DNA from: Adineta vaga
Taxonomy: Eukaryota > Animalia > Rotifera
Direction: 5' to 3'
Length of the DNA: 64,000 nucleotides
Assembly: GCA_021613535.1 (NCBI GenBank)
Contig: CP075494.1
Span: forward strand, 2,480,001 to 2,544,000
The notes under the pieces are model-generated. The model was not told the origin of the DNA. It made no database searches and saw nothing but the letters and a program-made list of their open reading frames with translations. Positions 25,653 to 39,719 of this stretch are shown here, one piece after another. The stretch's first letter is position 1; each line of letters begins with the position of its first letter. A program made the position numbers and the translations under genes.

Positions 25653-26455
25653 CAGAGTGTTTAAAAACCTCTACACCCCCTCAATACGATCTAATTGATC
25701 AATGATATAATCAACTATTTGTTTTAGCAGATTAAAGCCCGTGAAAACAGACACAATCAGTTATAATATTCTTAAAGGTAACGTCGAGAATACACCGTCA
25801 GATTTTTTTATTGACTTGCTGTGTTCATTGAAGAAAATATTTGATACACTCAAAACTACTGGAGGAGGAGAAAAAACTTTCTGTAATTTATCATAAACGT
25901 TTATGTGTGAGAATTTTATACTGCTTATAAACTGTAAATTCTCTGCTCCCCAATTTAATTCAATGAGTGATACAATAATTTTTTCCTTGACGTGAAATTC
26001 TCTAATTTCCGACTTCTTTGTGTGGTCTCAGGTATTTTGATTATTGTCTAGCGACTATTTATTCTAATCAGACCCTTATAGCTGAGATGTCCATCGCGAT
26101 AGAAGATTTACCGCTGCCGCGCCGCGACGTGGTAGAAAAAGTGAAGCTGACGCGATGGCTCCTAGAAAACGTTGTGAGAATTTTACAACTGAGATTGTTT
26201 AGAATTAGCAGAATCGGTACTAATCGATAAGATTCATGAAGTTTCATGATTTTACACTTGCAAACATTGAAATTCTGTTCAAACTCATGCATTTTCGATT
26301 GATCCTCCGAAAAAAACCTACCGCTACAACGCCGCCATGAATATATCTGCTTTATAGGCAGATTTTGACGGGCTCTAATCTGGCATAATATAGTTGATTA
26401 TATCATCGATCCATTAGGTCGCTGACGAGGGGCGTAAACGTTTTTTAACACTCTC
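25653..26455. mobile_element. Non-autonomous Tc1/mariner-like DNA transposon, about 800 bp
   Basis: About 95-bp imperfect TIRs (CAGAGTGTTTAAAAAC...ATGATATAATCAACTAT...CAGATTAAAGCCCGT and its reverse complement at 26360-26455), TA on both sides, no transposase ORF. Confidence 0.8.
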
Positions 26456-27140
26456 TAAATAATATGAGTAAGTTGAGTACAGATTCATCCATATTCACAC
26501 TATTTTTGGCACTAATATACAAAACGATCGAGATAGTCGACAACTGAAGAAATGTTTCAAAAATATCAGACAGATCTTTATTAACCTTGAAGAACTAAAT
26601 GGAATTTTACCCATTTATGCGTTCATCAAATGCGTGAATTTAATCTTAGTCTTTTCTAAACATAAGAATCTACTTGAAAAAGTTCTTTGGTATTATTAGC
26701 AGGTACAACAATGAAGTACATAAAGATAACAACACATCCTCACCTTTTCCCCATCTTTTGTGGTGATATTCAGCAATGTTGATTAAATTTCGATATTAAA
26801 ACTTGTCAGATTGAAAATATGGATGTCGCACTAGTACTAGTACTTTTATAGTTCCTTTCGCATTAAGTGTAGCAAGAGATTTTAAGACGTTAACAGCGCA
26901 TTACCCTCTTCGAGAAAACTTACTCAGATGGTATCGTTATTAATGTTTTCTATCAGCGATACTTTGGGTGAATTTTATATGGATCATGCTATCTTACATT
27001 ATTTTTGTGACCATAGTTGATGTTGTTATGCTTAGTGTCACCATAAAATATTGGACGAAAAATACAACTGATATCGACAAAAGAATGTACACCATCAAAT
27101 ATATCACAAAAACAACTTCCCAGGTCGACCAATCTGACTG

Positions 27141-27199
27141 TAGGAGGGTGTAGGTGAATCTCCTCTTCTTTTACACCCTCATCCACCCACACCCTCAAG
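27141..27199. repeat. Telomere-like hairpin element
   Basis: gagggtgtaggtg...cacccacaccctcaag. Confidence 0.75.
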
Positions 27200-27343
27200 A
27201 TCGTGAACTTCAATTGATACTTAACGTCACCCATACTTAGTCTGTTAACATTTTTGACTGATGGTTCAAATTGAAATTAAAAGTATTTTCATACAATTTC
27301 TTTTAGATTATTCTTATCTTCTTTCTCTCAAGTGTACGAATAA

Positions 27344-29277
27344 ATGACAACAAAAAATCGTTTTAGTGATATTGATTATTCATTTAAAAGACTACCACCA
27401 ATTTATGGTTTTCGAAGTCAAAAACTCGTTTCACTCGATGAAGCATTAAAACCAATTGAATCACAAATTGATCAATTACAATATTATATTAAAACAGCTA
27501 AAAAATATTGTCATTATCCATCTGAACATGGATTAACACGTGATGAATCAGCATCAATTTATATTTATACAATGGAATGGGGCGAACAAACTTTATATCG
27601 TCTTTTAAATCAAGCATTAAGAAATGAAAATAGACATATTATTAAAATTTGGTTTCCTTATTTAAAATTATTTGATTGTGCATTGAATAAACTACCAACA
27701 GTTAAAGAAAGTGTTTGGAGAGGAATTCCTGAAGATATTGGAAAAAAATTCATGAAAGATCAACTTTTAACATGGTGGACTGTGAGTTCATGTTCATCGT
27801 CGGTTAATGTTATTGAACAATTTCTTGGAGAAAATAAAAAATCAACAATGTTTTTAATTGAAGCGTTAAATGGAAAAAAAAGTATCCGGTTATACGGAAT
27901 TTGAAAAAGAAGATGAAATTATTTTATCGATGGGAACTCAATTTCGTGTGAAATCCAATGCATTAGATCATCCAAACGGATCATATGTTGTTCATTTAAT
28001 TGAAATTATTGAGGATGAAGACAATGATAATTCATTAGCAGCAGCAACAAATCAAATTAGTTTATTAAAAATTAAAATAAATCCAAGTAAGTTCATTTTA
28101 ATTCAATCTTTTCTTTTAACAAAATAAACAAAACAAATCTCGAAATATTTGAAAATTGAAAAGAAAATGAGATTTTCTTTGATCTTTTAAATGATAAAAT
28201 AAAAGAAACGAAAGATTTTCTCATTCGAAATCTAATAAAAAAACGAGGAAACAAAGAAAACTTTCTGTTTTTTACTTTGATTTTTAATTAAAAATTCAAA
28301 CGTAGTTTCAAACGAATACCAAATCAAAAAGAAAATCTTTGGTTTTTTTCATTAATTTCAAATCTTTTCTTTGTTTAGAAATGAAATTTCAGCAAAATGG
28401 AACAATTATTGCAGGAGGTAATGGATATGGAAGTCAATTAAATCAACTCTCTCTTCCTAGTGGAATCTTTATTAATGAAAACAAAACCATGTTCATTGCT
28501 GATTATCACAATCATCGTATTCTTGAATGGAAATATAATGAAAAACAAGGACAAATCATTGCAGGTGGAAATGGAAAAGGAAATAGAATAGATCAATTGA
28601 ATTATCCAACAGATGTGATTGTTGATCGACAAAATCATTCAATCATTATTGCTGATTGTGACAATGGACGAGTGATGCGATGGTCACAAGATCAAAAACA
28701 ACAAATTCTCATTCAAAATATTTCTTGTTGGGATTTAACAATGGATCAACATGGATTTATTTATGTTTCTGATTGTAAGAAGAATGAAGTGAGAAGATGG
28801 AAGTTAGAAAAGATTAATGAAAACAAAGAAGGAACTTTAGTTGCAGGTGGAAATGGAAAAGGAAATGAACGAAATCAATTCAACTCTCCTACTTTCATCT
28901 TTGTTGATAAAGATCAATCTCTTTATGTTTCAGATTATTTTAATCATCGTGTGATGAAATGGAGAAAAGATGCGAATGAAGGAATTGTTGTGGCTGGAGG
29001 AAATGGTTGGGGAAACAATCTCAACCAATTGAATGGTCCTGTGGGACTGTTTGTTGATGAATGGAGTCAAATCTATGTGACAGATCATGGGAACAATCGA
29101 ATAATGCGATGGTGTGAAGGAGATAAAGAAGGTTCGATTGTTGTTGGTGGAAATGGTGAAGGAAGTGAATCAAATCAATTGAATCGCCCTCAAGGTTTAT
29201 CATTTGATTTTGAAGGAAATCTTTATGTTTCAGATTATGGAAAAAATCGAATCGTTCGATTTGATAAAATTCATTGA
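27344..29277 (+). CDS. ADP-ribosyltransferase + NHL-repeat beta-propeller protein; intron about 28087-28378; +1 shift in A8 run near 27875
   Basis: DESASIYIYTMEW, VWRG, VSSCSSS, EDEII; repeated IAGGNGxG..LNQLxxP..D..LYVSD..NHR NHL motifs. Confidence 0.9.
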
Positions 29278-29531
29278 AATGAACTTTGTATTTCAAACGA
29301 CAAGATTTGATAAAAACGTTTATTTAATCAAACATTTTCTTATAGACTTTGAATAAAATCTTAAAAATTTCTTAAACTTCTTAATGAAAAAATTAAAAGA
29401 AATGAAAAGATTTTCTGAAGAAATTTCTTATCAAAGTATTTTTATTTCAAAGAAGAAATCTTGATAACAATGCGAATCGGAAGAGAGAATGATTTCGAAA
29501 TAAAAAGTTTTCTCGTATTTTGGATAATTTC

Positions 29532-29600
29532 TTTAAGGGTGTGGGTGTGGGTGTGGGTGTAGATGAGAGTGAGGAATATATAACCACACCTACCCTTTTA
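29532..29600. repeat. Telomere-like hairpin element with four G-tracts
   Basis: ttaagggtgtgggtgtgggtgtgggtgt...ccacacctaccctttta. Confidence 0.75.
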
Positions 29601-29940
29601 GGTAGCGTACCACACCTTTTTTTCAGCGTATGTCTAAGAACGTATTTCTTCTCGCATAAAGATACCAAGGTGCTTTTTGAAATAGATGCAAAAGATTCGA
29701 AAATCACTCTCAATATATATTCAACCACTCTTTTTCTGTAAATTGTTTCTTCGTAGACAAACGTATTCATTCAAGTCAGCTAGAAACTACAAATTAAGCT
29801 GGTGATACATTTTCTTTTGAATCAATTCTATTTATACGAGTCAATCTTTAACAGAAGCAACTAACTTAAATAATTTCGACAGAAAAAGGTTTAATTTTCT
29901 TTCTTTAAGTGATTTATACTCTCAAATAAAAGTTTTCACC

Positions 29941-30037
29941 TCTTTGTTTCTATACTATCATACTTTACATCAAATTTATGTGATATCTTCATTTGGTCAT
30001 AAATTTGATGTAAAGTATGATAGTATAGAAACAAAGA
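29941..30037. repeat. Perfect 40-bp inverted repeat with 17-nt loop (foldback)
   Basis: tctttgtttctatactatcatactttacatcaaatttatg at 29941-29980 and its exact reverse complement at 29998-30037. Confidence 0.95.
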
Positions 30038-30456
30038 CGAGAAAAGACTTTCGTCCGAGGGTGTATTTACATAGAGTATAAATACTGACAGTGATAAATC
30101 GTATGCTTTAGAAAAAATAGTGTTGTTATAAATCGCACCAAAATTGTAGGGTTTGTTATCTATATTGTTGCAAGAATGGTCTTGTAATCACCGATTTTCT
30201 TTTTTTTTTGCATTGAAACATTACCCGTTGCTTTTCCATTGTACGAGCACAGAATAAGTAAAATAAACGCATTTGCTAGCGGCGTATTAGATAAAAAAGG
30301 GTTGAAATTCGGATTTGTCTTTTTTTAGGGACATAATAGAAGACCCCGAATCTTATAATGTGTTGAGAGCTTTAATACAAATGAAAATAGTCATTCTAAT
30401 TCTTTTTCTTTTTCTTTCTTGTTTCAGCAACTATTAACTTTCAAACAAATATATAA

Positions 30457-30888
30457 ATGGCAGTAAATAATAAATATTCTTGGTTATTATATTCGATCTA
30501 AAATGAATATGGTTTTGTACTTGATGTTTCAAGCGAAAGGACTGTAGCAGGTACGCATGTTGTGGTTAATCCAATAAAAATTGATGCTCGTAATAATCGT
30601 CATCAATTATGGTCCTTTAATAACGATAGTACTATTCGACACCTCAATAGTGGATTGGTGCTGGACATCCATGGCGTTGATAAAAGAAGTTTGATTGTAT
30701 TCACCCACCATGCTGAAGATAATCAGAAATGGAGAGTAGACAGTGAAACAGGGTATATAATCAATCCACCCACAAATAATGTTGTTGACATCGAATATCC
30801 GAATACTCAAGCTGGTGCTAGAGTAATTGCATGGCCAAAAGATACAGGCAGTAACCAGAAATGGGAACTTGTTGCAAAATTTAATTGA
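30457..30888 (+). pseudogene. Ricin-B (beta-trefoil) lectin; 5' end interrupted
   Basis: Three QxW repeats (HQLW, NQKW, NQKW) with VLDV/VLDI/VVDI. The ATG at 30457 is in frame but meets TAA at 30499 between two compensating small insertions. Confidence 0.8.
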
Positions 30889-31251
30889 AACTTTTAATAT
30901 TAAGAAATTATGACTAATTTATGTAGTATAGAGAAACTAACTATTATTTCAAAAATTTACAATAATAAAATTCTTATCAATATAACTATGAATTAAGTAA
31001 AAGTGTGTAGATGATCTCTTGAATATGGTAAGGGCCAACAAAGTTAAGTTTTCGGGTGCAACAATTGAGTGTATCTTCACTTCATCAACATGATCGCCTA
31101 CATTCACACTTTACTCGTAATACTTGATAAGTTTTTCAAAAATCGAATGATTGAATTCAAAAATTATTTAAACTTTTATAGTTTTCAATAAGTTGAATGA
31201 TTATGTATTGAAATTAAAGCTGAGGATAGGGCGTGAGTTATACAGAAGAAT

Positions 31252-31297
31252 TACCACTACGCGTTTCGATCTGTTTTAAAGATCTCATCGGGTAGTA
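31252..31297 (-). ncRNA. Minimal type I hammerhead ribozyme of the Penelope-like element kind
   Basis: Reverse complement TACTAC CCGATGA GATCT TTAAAAC AGATC GAA ACGCGT A GTGGTA: stem I, variant core CCGATGA, stem II, GAAA, palindromic stem III, GUA cleavage triplet. Confidence 0.75.
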
Positions 31298-31744
31298 TAA
31301 AAATCTGCATAAAATTCTTTAAATTGAAAGATTTATAGCAAAATAATTCTTCCAATATTAACGAATTAAAAGAGTAAATAATCCAATCATACAACGGTGA
31401 CTTTAATAGATAGCTAACCCCAGGATCCAGACTTCGACTTATTTAAAAGTCTCTATCAGGTGGCTCATTACATCTGCATACAAAAATTCAAAGGGTCACA
31501 GTAGAATTTCAGAGAAATACTCACAAATTCCTAAAAGTTTACTAATATGCAGACAAATAATAGTGTAAATGATATATGGTCAATTTCACAAGTGAACACT
31601 GTAAATGATGATCGAGCGCAATGGGAAAGATGTGGGTGTATCCATTTGGGTATAATGGAAAAAGAGCGACAGAAAATATGTCGAATATATAAATGTCAAA
31701 GAAAAGACAAGAGAAATGGTCGAGTCAATATTTGTCTATGATTC

Positions 31745-34700
31745 TTATTGACATCGGATTCGTCGATAGAATGTGTTCCATCGTGTATGAATTGCAATTT
31801 TAAATGCTTGTCGATATTTCTCTGAAGGTAAAATAAAAATAATGAAAAATGATAAACAGGGTAAAAATGAAATAAAATATCCAATTAGAAATAGTGTTAT
31901 TGATTCGCGAGCTGATTTCATACATTCTAATTGAAAAGCAAGAATAATTCGAGGTGAAACTAAAAGAATTAAACCAATTGGACTAATAATTAAATATTTA
32001 TGTTTATGAAATTGATTATGAATATGATGATAAATACGTCGATGTTTATCTAAATGTAAACGATGTTTTATTCTCATTAAAAGAATTCCTAATGCCGATA
32101 TAATATTAATAATAAATGGACAAAGAATATGAAAAACAGTCGAAATTGATGTAAGTAAATCAAGAGATTTTGTTTGTTGTAAAATACACCATGTTCGTCG
32201 TTCATCTTCATCATAAACTAATCGTCGATAGAATGGTTCATGAATTGAATTAATAATAATAATTAAACAAACAATGAAAATTATCCATTTAGCTATTTTT
32301 CGACTTTGTTTCCTATTAAAATTGATATCTTTAATAACTGTTAGAAGACGTTCAATAGCTACACATGCGTATAACCAATCTCCAATTTGTACTGAAATTT
32401 TCAAAAGAAAATCAATTATTATACATTGAGCAAATAAAAATTGACGATTAGTCATCATTAATATTTGTGTTATAAGAAATAAAATATATTTTAATGTAAA
32501 AATACTAATCGTAACAATGGAAAGAATAGCAGCAGTAAATAAATAAATTCCTATACCAAATTTTTGAAGTTCTTTTTCTTGAAATGTTATACATGAAAAA
32601 CTTCCTTGAATTAAACCAAATATAAACATAATTAATGTAATAATTCCACTTAATTGAAGAGAAATTGGTTGATTTGAAAATGAATAACCTGGTCGAATTC
32701 TATAACCAAGAATAACATCAAGTGGAAGATTAAAACCTCGAGTTGAGATTTGACATCGTGTACCTAAATAACATTTTGGACATGAACATAATGCTGCTGA
32801 TGGACATTTAAGATTATTTTGAAAACATTGACCACCATTTTGACAATAAGATAATTGTTGACATGAAAATTTGATTTTATGATCAAATGTAAAACAATTT
32901 GCTCGACGATCAAATGTACATAAACATATGTAATCTTCTTCATCATGAAAACAATTTAAATCGAAATCATTTTGACAAGGAAGATGATAGTATTTAACAC
33001 GTCGAAGAAGAGAATAATTCATAATCGTTTGATTGAAGAATTCTCGAATAGTTCGACATTGATGATGTGATTGAAGATTAACTTTTAGATAAGATATTCG
33101 ATTGTAATTTGTTTGATTAAATATCATATATAAATAATAATTATATTCAATAAAAATCATATGAAATGGATATTGCCAATAAATACTAACGATATTCTTA
33201 TCAAAAGGAATCTTTTTGAATGTTGTTGCACGTTCATGTGGACCATATTTTAATATTGGTATATATGGATTGGAATTCATATGAGAATTAATTGTTATGA
33301 AATGTATTAAAAGAAAATCTTGTATAGGAGGTAGGAGAATTGATATATCAATTCGTGTATCTGTCAATTCGCATAAATCACCATGAAAACCATATGGACA
33401 TGAACAAAATGTTGAAGAACTTTCAGGAAATTTCATGTTACCTGGAATACATTGTCCTCTATTTCGACATTTTTCCGCATTTGATCGTTTACAAAGATTA
33501 TTCTTTAAATAACAACGACGTCCAAATTTATATGTTGGACATACACAGATCGATTTATTCTTCCAAATACCAACACAAATCGAATCTGGAGAACAATTAC
33601 ATTGATAAGGAATTGTACACATTGATCCAGTCCAATTAGGTTTACATCGACAAAAGAATTCTCCTGTATTTGTATATGAAATACATTCACCTCGATCTAT
33701 TGAACATTTACGTCGACAAGAACGTTTTGGTGATAAACTTACCAATGGTACTGTTAGATGAATTGGTAAACGATATACTGGTAATATAGGAAATAAAATT
33801 GGATAGAACCAACTTGCTCGATATTTCAATGAATTCATTTCAAAAACATCAATTCGAATTGAATATGTTCGATTAATAAATTTCGGTTTTGTTAAGTAAA
33901 TTAAATGAAAATTAAATTTTGTATTACAATCTCGAATTGATAAATATCTTATTTGATAATATGAATTAATAATATCATATGTTTCATCAATTAAATAAAT
34001 AATAAATATAAATGGAATTCGCCATTCAGGTGCACTTATTTGTAATGTAATACTAACACGTTGATTTTGATATTGACATTGTGAACCATAAAGATAAGGT
34101 GGACATAAACATTTGATTTGATTTCTCAAATAAATTGGTATACCACCATAACATTGAAATTGTATCAAAGACTTTTCTTGATTATTTAAATTAAGCAATG
34201 ATGTAAATTCTGATTTTGAAATAATTGGTAATAGTCCATCTATTGAATCTGTGAATAGAACAACATTGTATTCATCTAATGAAAATTCTGGTCGATGATA
34301 ATTGCCGTTTGGATTAAATATAGCGTCATCATCCAAACTACACATAATATTATCTTTTGTCAATCGTCGATCAGACTTCCAAAAATAGGCGCATTGGAAG
34401 TACCAATAATATTCATCTGCACATAGAGGTGACCAGTTAATTTCGTCTATTCGGCAGATTGATGATTCAAAACAGGCCTGCAGACCATCGGTACATATTC
34501 GAGTTCTATTGTAACAGAAATTTATTCATCTTTTTCCTGATTTCACTTATTTTATGTTAGATTTACAAAAGACTTACTCATTACTAAATTGTTTATTATC
34601 ACTACGATCTGTTAAACATCGATAACCAGTTTGTCCATTGAGAATATTTCGACACGCTTGTTGTTCGTCTGTTGCTCCTATGCAGTCCACTATTCCATCA

Positions 34701-36806
34701 CTAATATTCGCTGCAGGTAAGCATATGAACTGAGCTGTATATAATAATAAACATGGTTGTCCTATTGATCCATTACATATTTCATGAAAACAATTGTTTT
34801 CATCTTCACCATTTGGACAATTCCATATTCCATTACATCTTGTATATTGATTATCACATAGCCACGCTTCACAGTTATCTTCATCTGTTTCAGTTCTTTG
34901 ATTTCGATATTCTGTGTGTTCAACATATCCATTACATAAAGTAGGAAAATGGGGTAATTTACCATTTTGTCCGCAATTATTTTCTCCCATTGTCGATATA
35001 CTTATGCTCGGTATACATACTATTCCTTTCGAATCTGGATCGTCAGATTTACATCTTACACGATATTTTAAATTTAAATTACAAGTATCTTTATACAGGA
35101 TTTCGTCAGACAAATCACTACAGTCAAAACGACGATCTCCTATACGATATTTAGAGATACATTTTCTACCACATCGAAATTGAGTTTTCTCAGAGCAAAA
35201 ATTGTCATTTACATCTATTGCAAAAGAACATTGTCCATACGTATGGCGTTGACTTGATCTTACTTGTCGTAACCACCCATTGGTTGGATTATCAATACTT
35301 GACGACTCACACGAAAGAATAATCGATGGATCACTTATTTTCTTAAATCGAAAATTTGTTTGAGAAGTGGAGCAACGTTGTTCATTATAACAAATATGCT
35401 TTGTTCGATTCCATCCATAAACAAAATGTAGATCACTCCAACCGATAGATGATGCTGGAAATTCAAATAATGGCCAACAATATTTAATGATTCTTTCCGT
35501 ACAAGAGTTACGTGGCTCAAAACAAATACTTTTACAACTATCATTAAATAAATGTGCATAATTGGAATCATTCTAAATAGAAAAAAGAAAAGTAATAATC
35601 TATAGAAATGACACTCATATCTTCAACTGTTAGTTTTCATGAAGATAGGTTATACTTACTAGAAACAGATATTGCATTTTTAGAAGACATATCATCGTTA
35701 TCCAACAATTTTTGGTTATGTGACCATTAAAAATAGGTAACAATATATTACGATTGATTTGTTCTTCAAGTTTAGTACGACATTTCATTGGTTCACATAG
35801 TTCGCGACCATACTGAGAAATTGATTCAGTCCAATGTCGACAGCTGACATCTGAACAACGAAATGATGGGTTTCTGTTGTTGTTATCACAAATCGAAGAA
35901 AATGGTTGAACAATATTAGCTTCTTCATCTGTTGAATCTAGACAATCTGGAACAGCAGTTCTATCTAATAAAAAGACATCTGGTATACATTGTCCATTGA
36001 AACATCGATATTCATTTGGAGCACAATCATTTTGTTCAAGTTTTTCACAAAAATATTCATCAACATGATTTGGCCAGCAATCGGCTTTTCCATCACATAC
36101 TTCACGCCAATCGAGACACCATATCATATCATTTCGCTTACAATTTAAATGGATATAACAAGTTCCAATACCATTTGATGGTATATCAATATATGTTTTA
36201 AAGATATTCTTTACGATCGTATCAAATGATGCCTAAAATACTTCGAAAATCGTAGAAATTGTCAAAGATCAATCAAATAAAGTTCTAAACTATATCATAA
36301 AATAGTTGTGCTCACGTGTCTTATGAAGCACTCATTTTTTGTAAACAATTTCTCCAAATAGTTAAACTTACATGAGAATTAAATGAATATTGACAATGTT
36401 GACCAAATTTTAGTTTAATCGAACAATTATATATGAAGAAATTTGATGAAATCATTTTCTTATCAGTTCTATTTTCAAGAAAAAATTGATATTCTTCGAC
36501 TAGATCAAGATGGACTGACCACTCGAATAATTGCAAACTGCTTATATCACGTTTCGACAGTTGATCAAACGTTAATTTCGATATCTCTCTGTCACTCATA
36601 TCATCTTGGTCATCTTCGAAATTATCATTTCGACAAAATGGAACAAATTGCTGTTCGTTAACAGTATATCCAGTTAATAATTGTGCATCATTTGTTACAT
36701 TATAATCCAAACAATCATCATCATACAAGTAATATTCTCCATTGATATATAAGAAATTTGACGAGAATATGAGAATTACAAGAATATATCGGTAAAATAT
36801 CTTCAT
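31745..36806 (-). CDS. Large LDLa/EGF-repeat receptor with C-terminal rhodopsin-like 7TM domain; multi-exon, possible frameshift near 35335
   Basis: Signal peptide, CLDWREVCDGKADC, CAPNEYRCFNGQCIP, CNGIWNCPNGEDE, EGF repeats (CPPYLYGSQC, CPYGFHGDLCE), 7TM with WLYACVAIERL. Confidence 0.9.
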
Positions 36807-37171
36807 ACTAACATTAAATTTTATTCTGAATGAACATTCTTTGTTGTTCTTTCATCATTAGAAACGTTTTCCTCATCAATCAAATATAGTGTATAGAAAT
36901 ATTTAATTTTTATCATAAAAATCTTTATAATATCAAATATCACACTCTCATGCACGATAGTAAATCTACTAACTAAAATTAACTTCCGCAGTTATTCATA
37001 AAAAGTCTTATGAGAATGTCTTTATTCCCTTTTCTGAAAGAAAGGGTTATAGGCTCCTTAAATAGGGTCGTTAAAATGCGTAAAGTTTGTTTATTTGTCT
37101 AAGCCAGTCAGGTGAAAGCAGCCTATAAATCGATGAAAACTTACCCCTCGTTATCAGACAACGATTCATCA

Positions 37172-37227
37172 TAGGGTGTGGGTGTGAGTGATGGGGACAT
37201 ACCCACACCCACACCCACACCCACCCT
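37172..37227. repeat. Telomere-like hairpin element
   Basis: tagggtgtgggtgtgagtg...acccacacccacacccacacccaccct. Confidence 0.8.
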
Positions 37228-37952
37228 GGGCGCCGACTAACAACTTGCTGCTTAGCTGTATCACTGGGAATTTAGCATCGTCAAGACTAATTAGAAACAT
37301 TCCCGGACGATTAAGGTTAGCTCGATCTGTTCATTATAATGGACTGTTCTTTCCACTGTGGTTAGGATCACACGAAAAAATGTTTGTATATGTGTTTGAG
37401 AGTGCCCATGTTGGTCAAGAGAATATCGTTTAGGACTAGACATAGGTAAAAAAAACCATAAGGTTCTGGTAGTGTCAAGAGGTCCTCAAGGGCCACATTA
37501 TTGAGGTACTCATAGATTCTGAAAGGAGCAATTTAATAAGCTTATAAAGTTATAAGATCCGTAAAGAATATAAGACTACACGACCGAAGACTACAGAAAC
37601 TAGTAACATGTTTGAGACGGTAAAGTGTGAAGCCATAGTTTATTTATAGACATATATATTAATGCCTAGTATATGTATGTCGTTATTGGATTCTAGTCGA
37701 ACCTTTGAGACCGTATCTTTTACAAGAAAGAAAAGGCACGCAGTATGTACAGATTTCCGCTAATGTCATTAAAATGTCATATTCATGAGTTTCTTCGACG
37801 ATCCAAACATATCTTCATGTAAAGAAAAGAGAGCAATTCTGGAATTCGTTCGAATATTTTATACAACAACGAGCTGTGAATAATGATTTGTGATATAAAA
37901 TTTCAAGATGATGTAGATTTGCATTTCCACTTCATTAAACGTTACTGTCACA

Positions 37953-38138
37953 CAGTGGCAGATCTAGCTGTTCGGCGTTTCGGCGACCGCCACCCCCTCA
38001 AAAATAGATATATTGACGATGAACAGAAATATGAAAAAAGAAAACAGGGAGATTACTAGGTTTTTTTCAAAAATAATACTACTTTTCGATTTTTTTCATA
38101 AACCGCCACCCCTCATGAAAATCCTGGATCCGCTCCTG
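37953..38138. mobile_element. hAT-type MITE, 186 bp
   Basis: TIRs CAGTGGCAGATCTAG / CTGGATCCGCTCCTG; perfect 8-bp TSD ctgtcaca at 37945-37952 and 38139-38146; internal accgccacccc repeats. Confidence 0.9.
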
Positions 38139-38524
38139 CTGTCACAAATATTTCATTATCAAAGGGTTTATTACAATTTTTTATTTTCATAAAAATTTTT
38201 AATGAGCGAATAAGGATTACAAGAAATCATAATCTGAAATTAATGATATTCTAATTTTTCTCTCACGTTTTAAAGCCGTGTTTATGCCATAATTATGGTA
38301 TTTTTATATGGAATGTGTTTGAAGAAAAGAACTCAAGCAGAGTGTGCGTGATACTAGTTGTCATACTTCAGATTTTCTAATTGTTAAGAGAAGTGTCATG
38401 GGTACATCGAAAAACTCAATTTTGTAGTGGCCATTGATATATATATATATATATATACATCTACTGGAATCTTCTGTTTCGTATTCTATTATCAATCAGC
38501 ATAGATTGCTTTGCAACTACCTAT

Positions 38525-39719
38525 ATGGAAAATACGTCTGCTGTGGTCGTTCAGTCCCGCAACAAAATCGCCTATGATGGCTACTACTATCCACCTCTTG
38601 CTATGAAGTTTTATTTGTGGGGATATCTGAGTTTATTCATTCTTGATTATACTGGCAATAGTGCTAGTATACTTACATTTACTCGACCAATACTAAGAGC
38701 GAGTTCAACAGGTACATTATACATTGCCTTAGCTATCTCAGATATATGCTTTTTATCGTCATTAATTTTTGATTTTATTAATTATGGTTTACGATTTCAA
38801 CTAAAAACACACATTGGCTTCAATTTTATTTGTCGCTGGCGTGAATTTTTGATGAATGCGAGTCAATTCTGTTCAGCATGGATTCTTGTCATTATTGCAA
38901 TGGATCGATGGATTCGCACACGATTTCCATACAAATCAGCTGCTATTTGCACTCAAAAGAAAGCTTTGATAGCTATAGCTATTCTCTATAGTATCACCAT
39001 AGGTCTTCATGTTATATTCTTGACATCATTGTTTGGAGCGACAGGTTTTACGACACCATTTTTTGATTGTGCACCAATTGCGGATGTATTCAATGATTTT
39101 GTCAGTTTTTATCTTCTGACATGGCGTGCTCTACAAGTAAGATACTTTCATATTGATCATTTATTGATAAGTTCATATTATTGATAGTCATCGATCAGTT
39201 CTCTTGTTCCTGCTGGATTAATATTATTTTTTATTGTTGATATGTTTATCACAGTACGTCTTCAAAAAATGCTGTACATCAACGAATCGATGGTCAACAT
39301 CGAAATCAAACAGTTAGACATAACAATCGTCTACAAAATCAATTATTTCTTCTCATGCTGTCAAATGTTATCATATTTTTCACTACAACTGTTCCGATTG
39401 ATGTACATCGTATTCTGTATTTTCGTATGTTGTTATTTTCCGTTGATGTGGATATTCCATTGTTCACAAATTTACTGGTAGTTTTAACTTGGTTTTGGGG
39501 TATTAACTATGCAGTAAGTCTAAAGTATTAGACAAATTCAATTAATTTGATTCTATTTAGATAAACTTCTATGTTCATTGCTTAACTTCAACATTATTTC
39601 GCAAATAATTTAAGAAATGTTTCAGTTTTTTATGCATCTTATGTCAAAGGAGAAGAGTTCGCGTGGATATCGTTCCCGCAACGTACGCAGCCAGAACAAA
39701 GAAAAATTTACAGAAATAA
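38525..39719 (+). CDS. Rhodopsin-like orphan GPCR, two introns; premature TAA at 39606 just after TM7
   Basis: TGNSASILTF, LAISD, ICRWR, SAWILVIIAMDRW; last exon INFYVHCLTSTLFRK*F. Confidence 0.85.

Noticed and set aside
26420-26440. CTGACGA...AAAC as a second hammerhead core
   Set aside because: No stem II or GAAA geometry; it lies within the transposon TIR.
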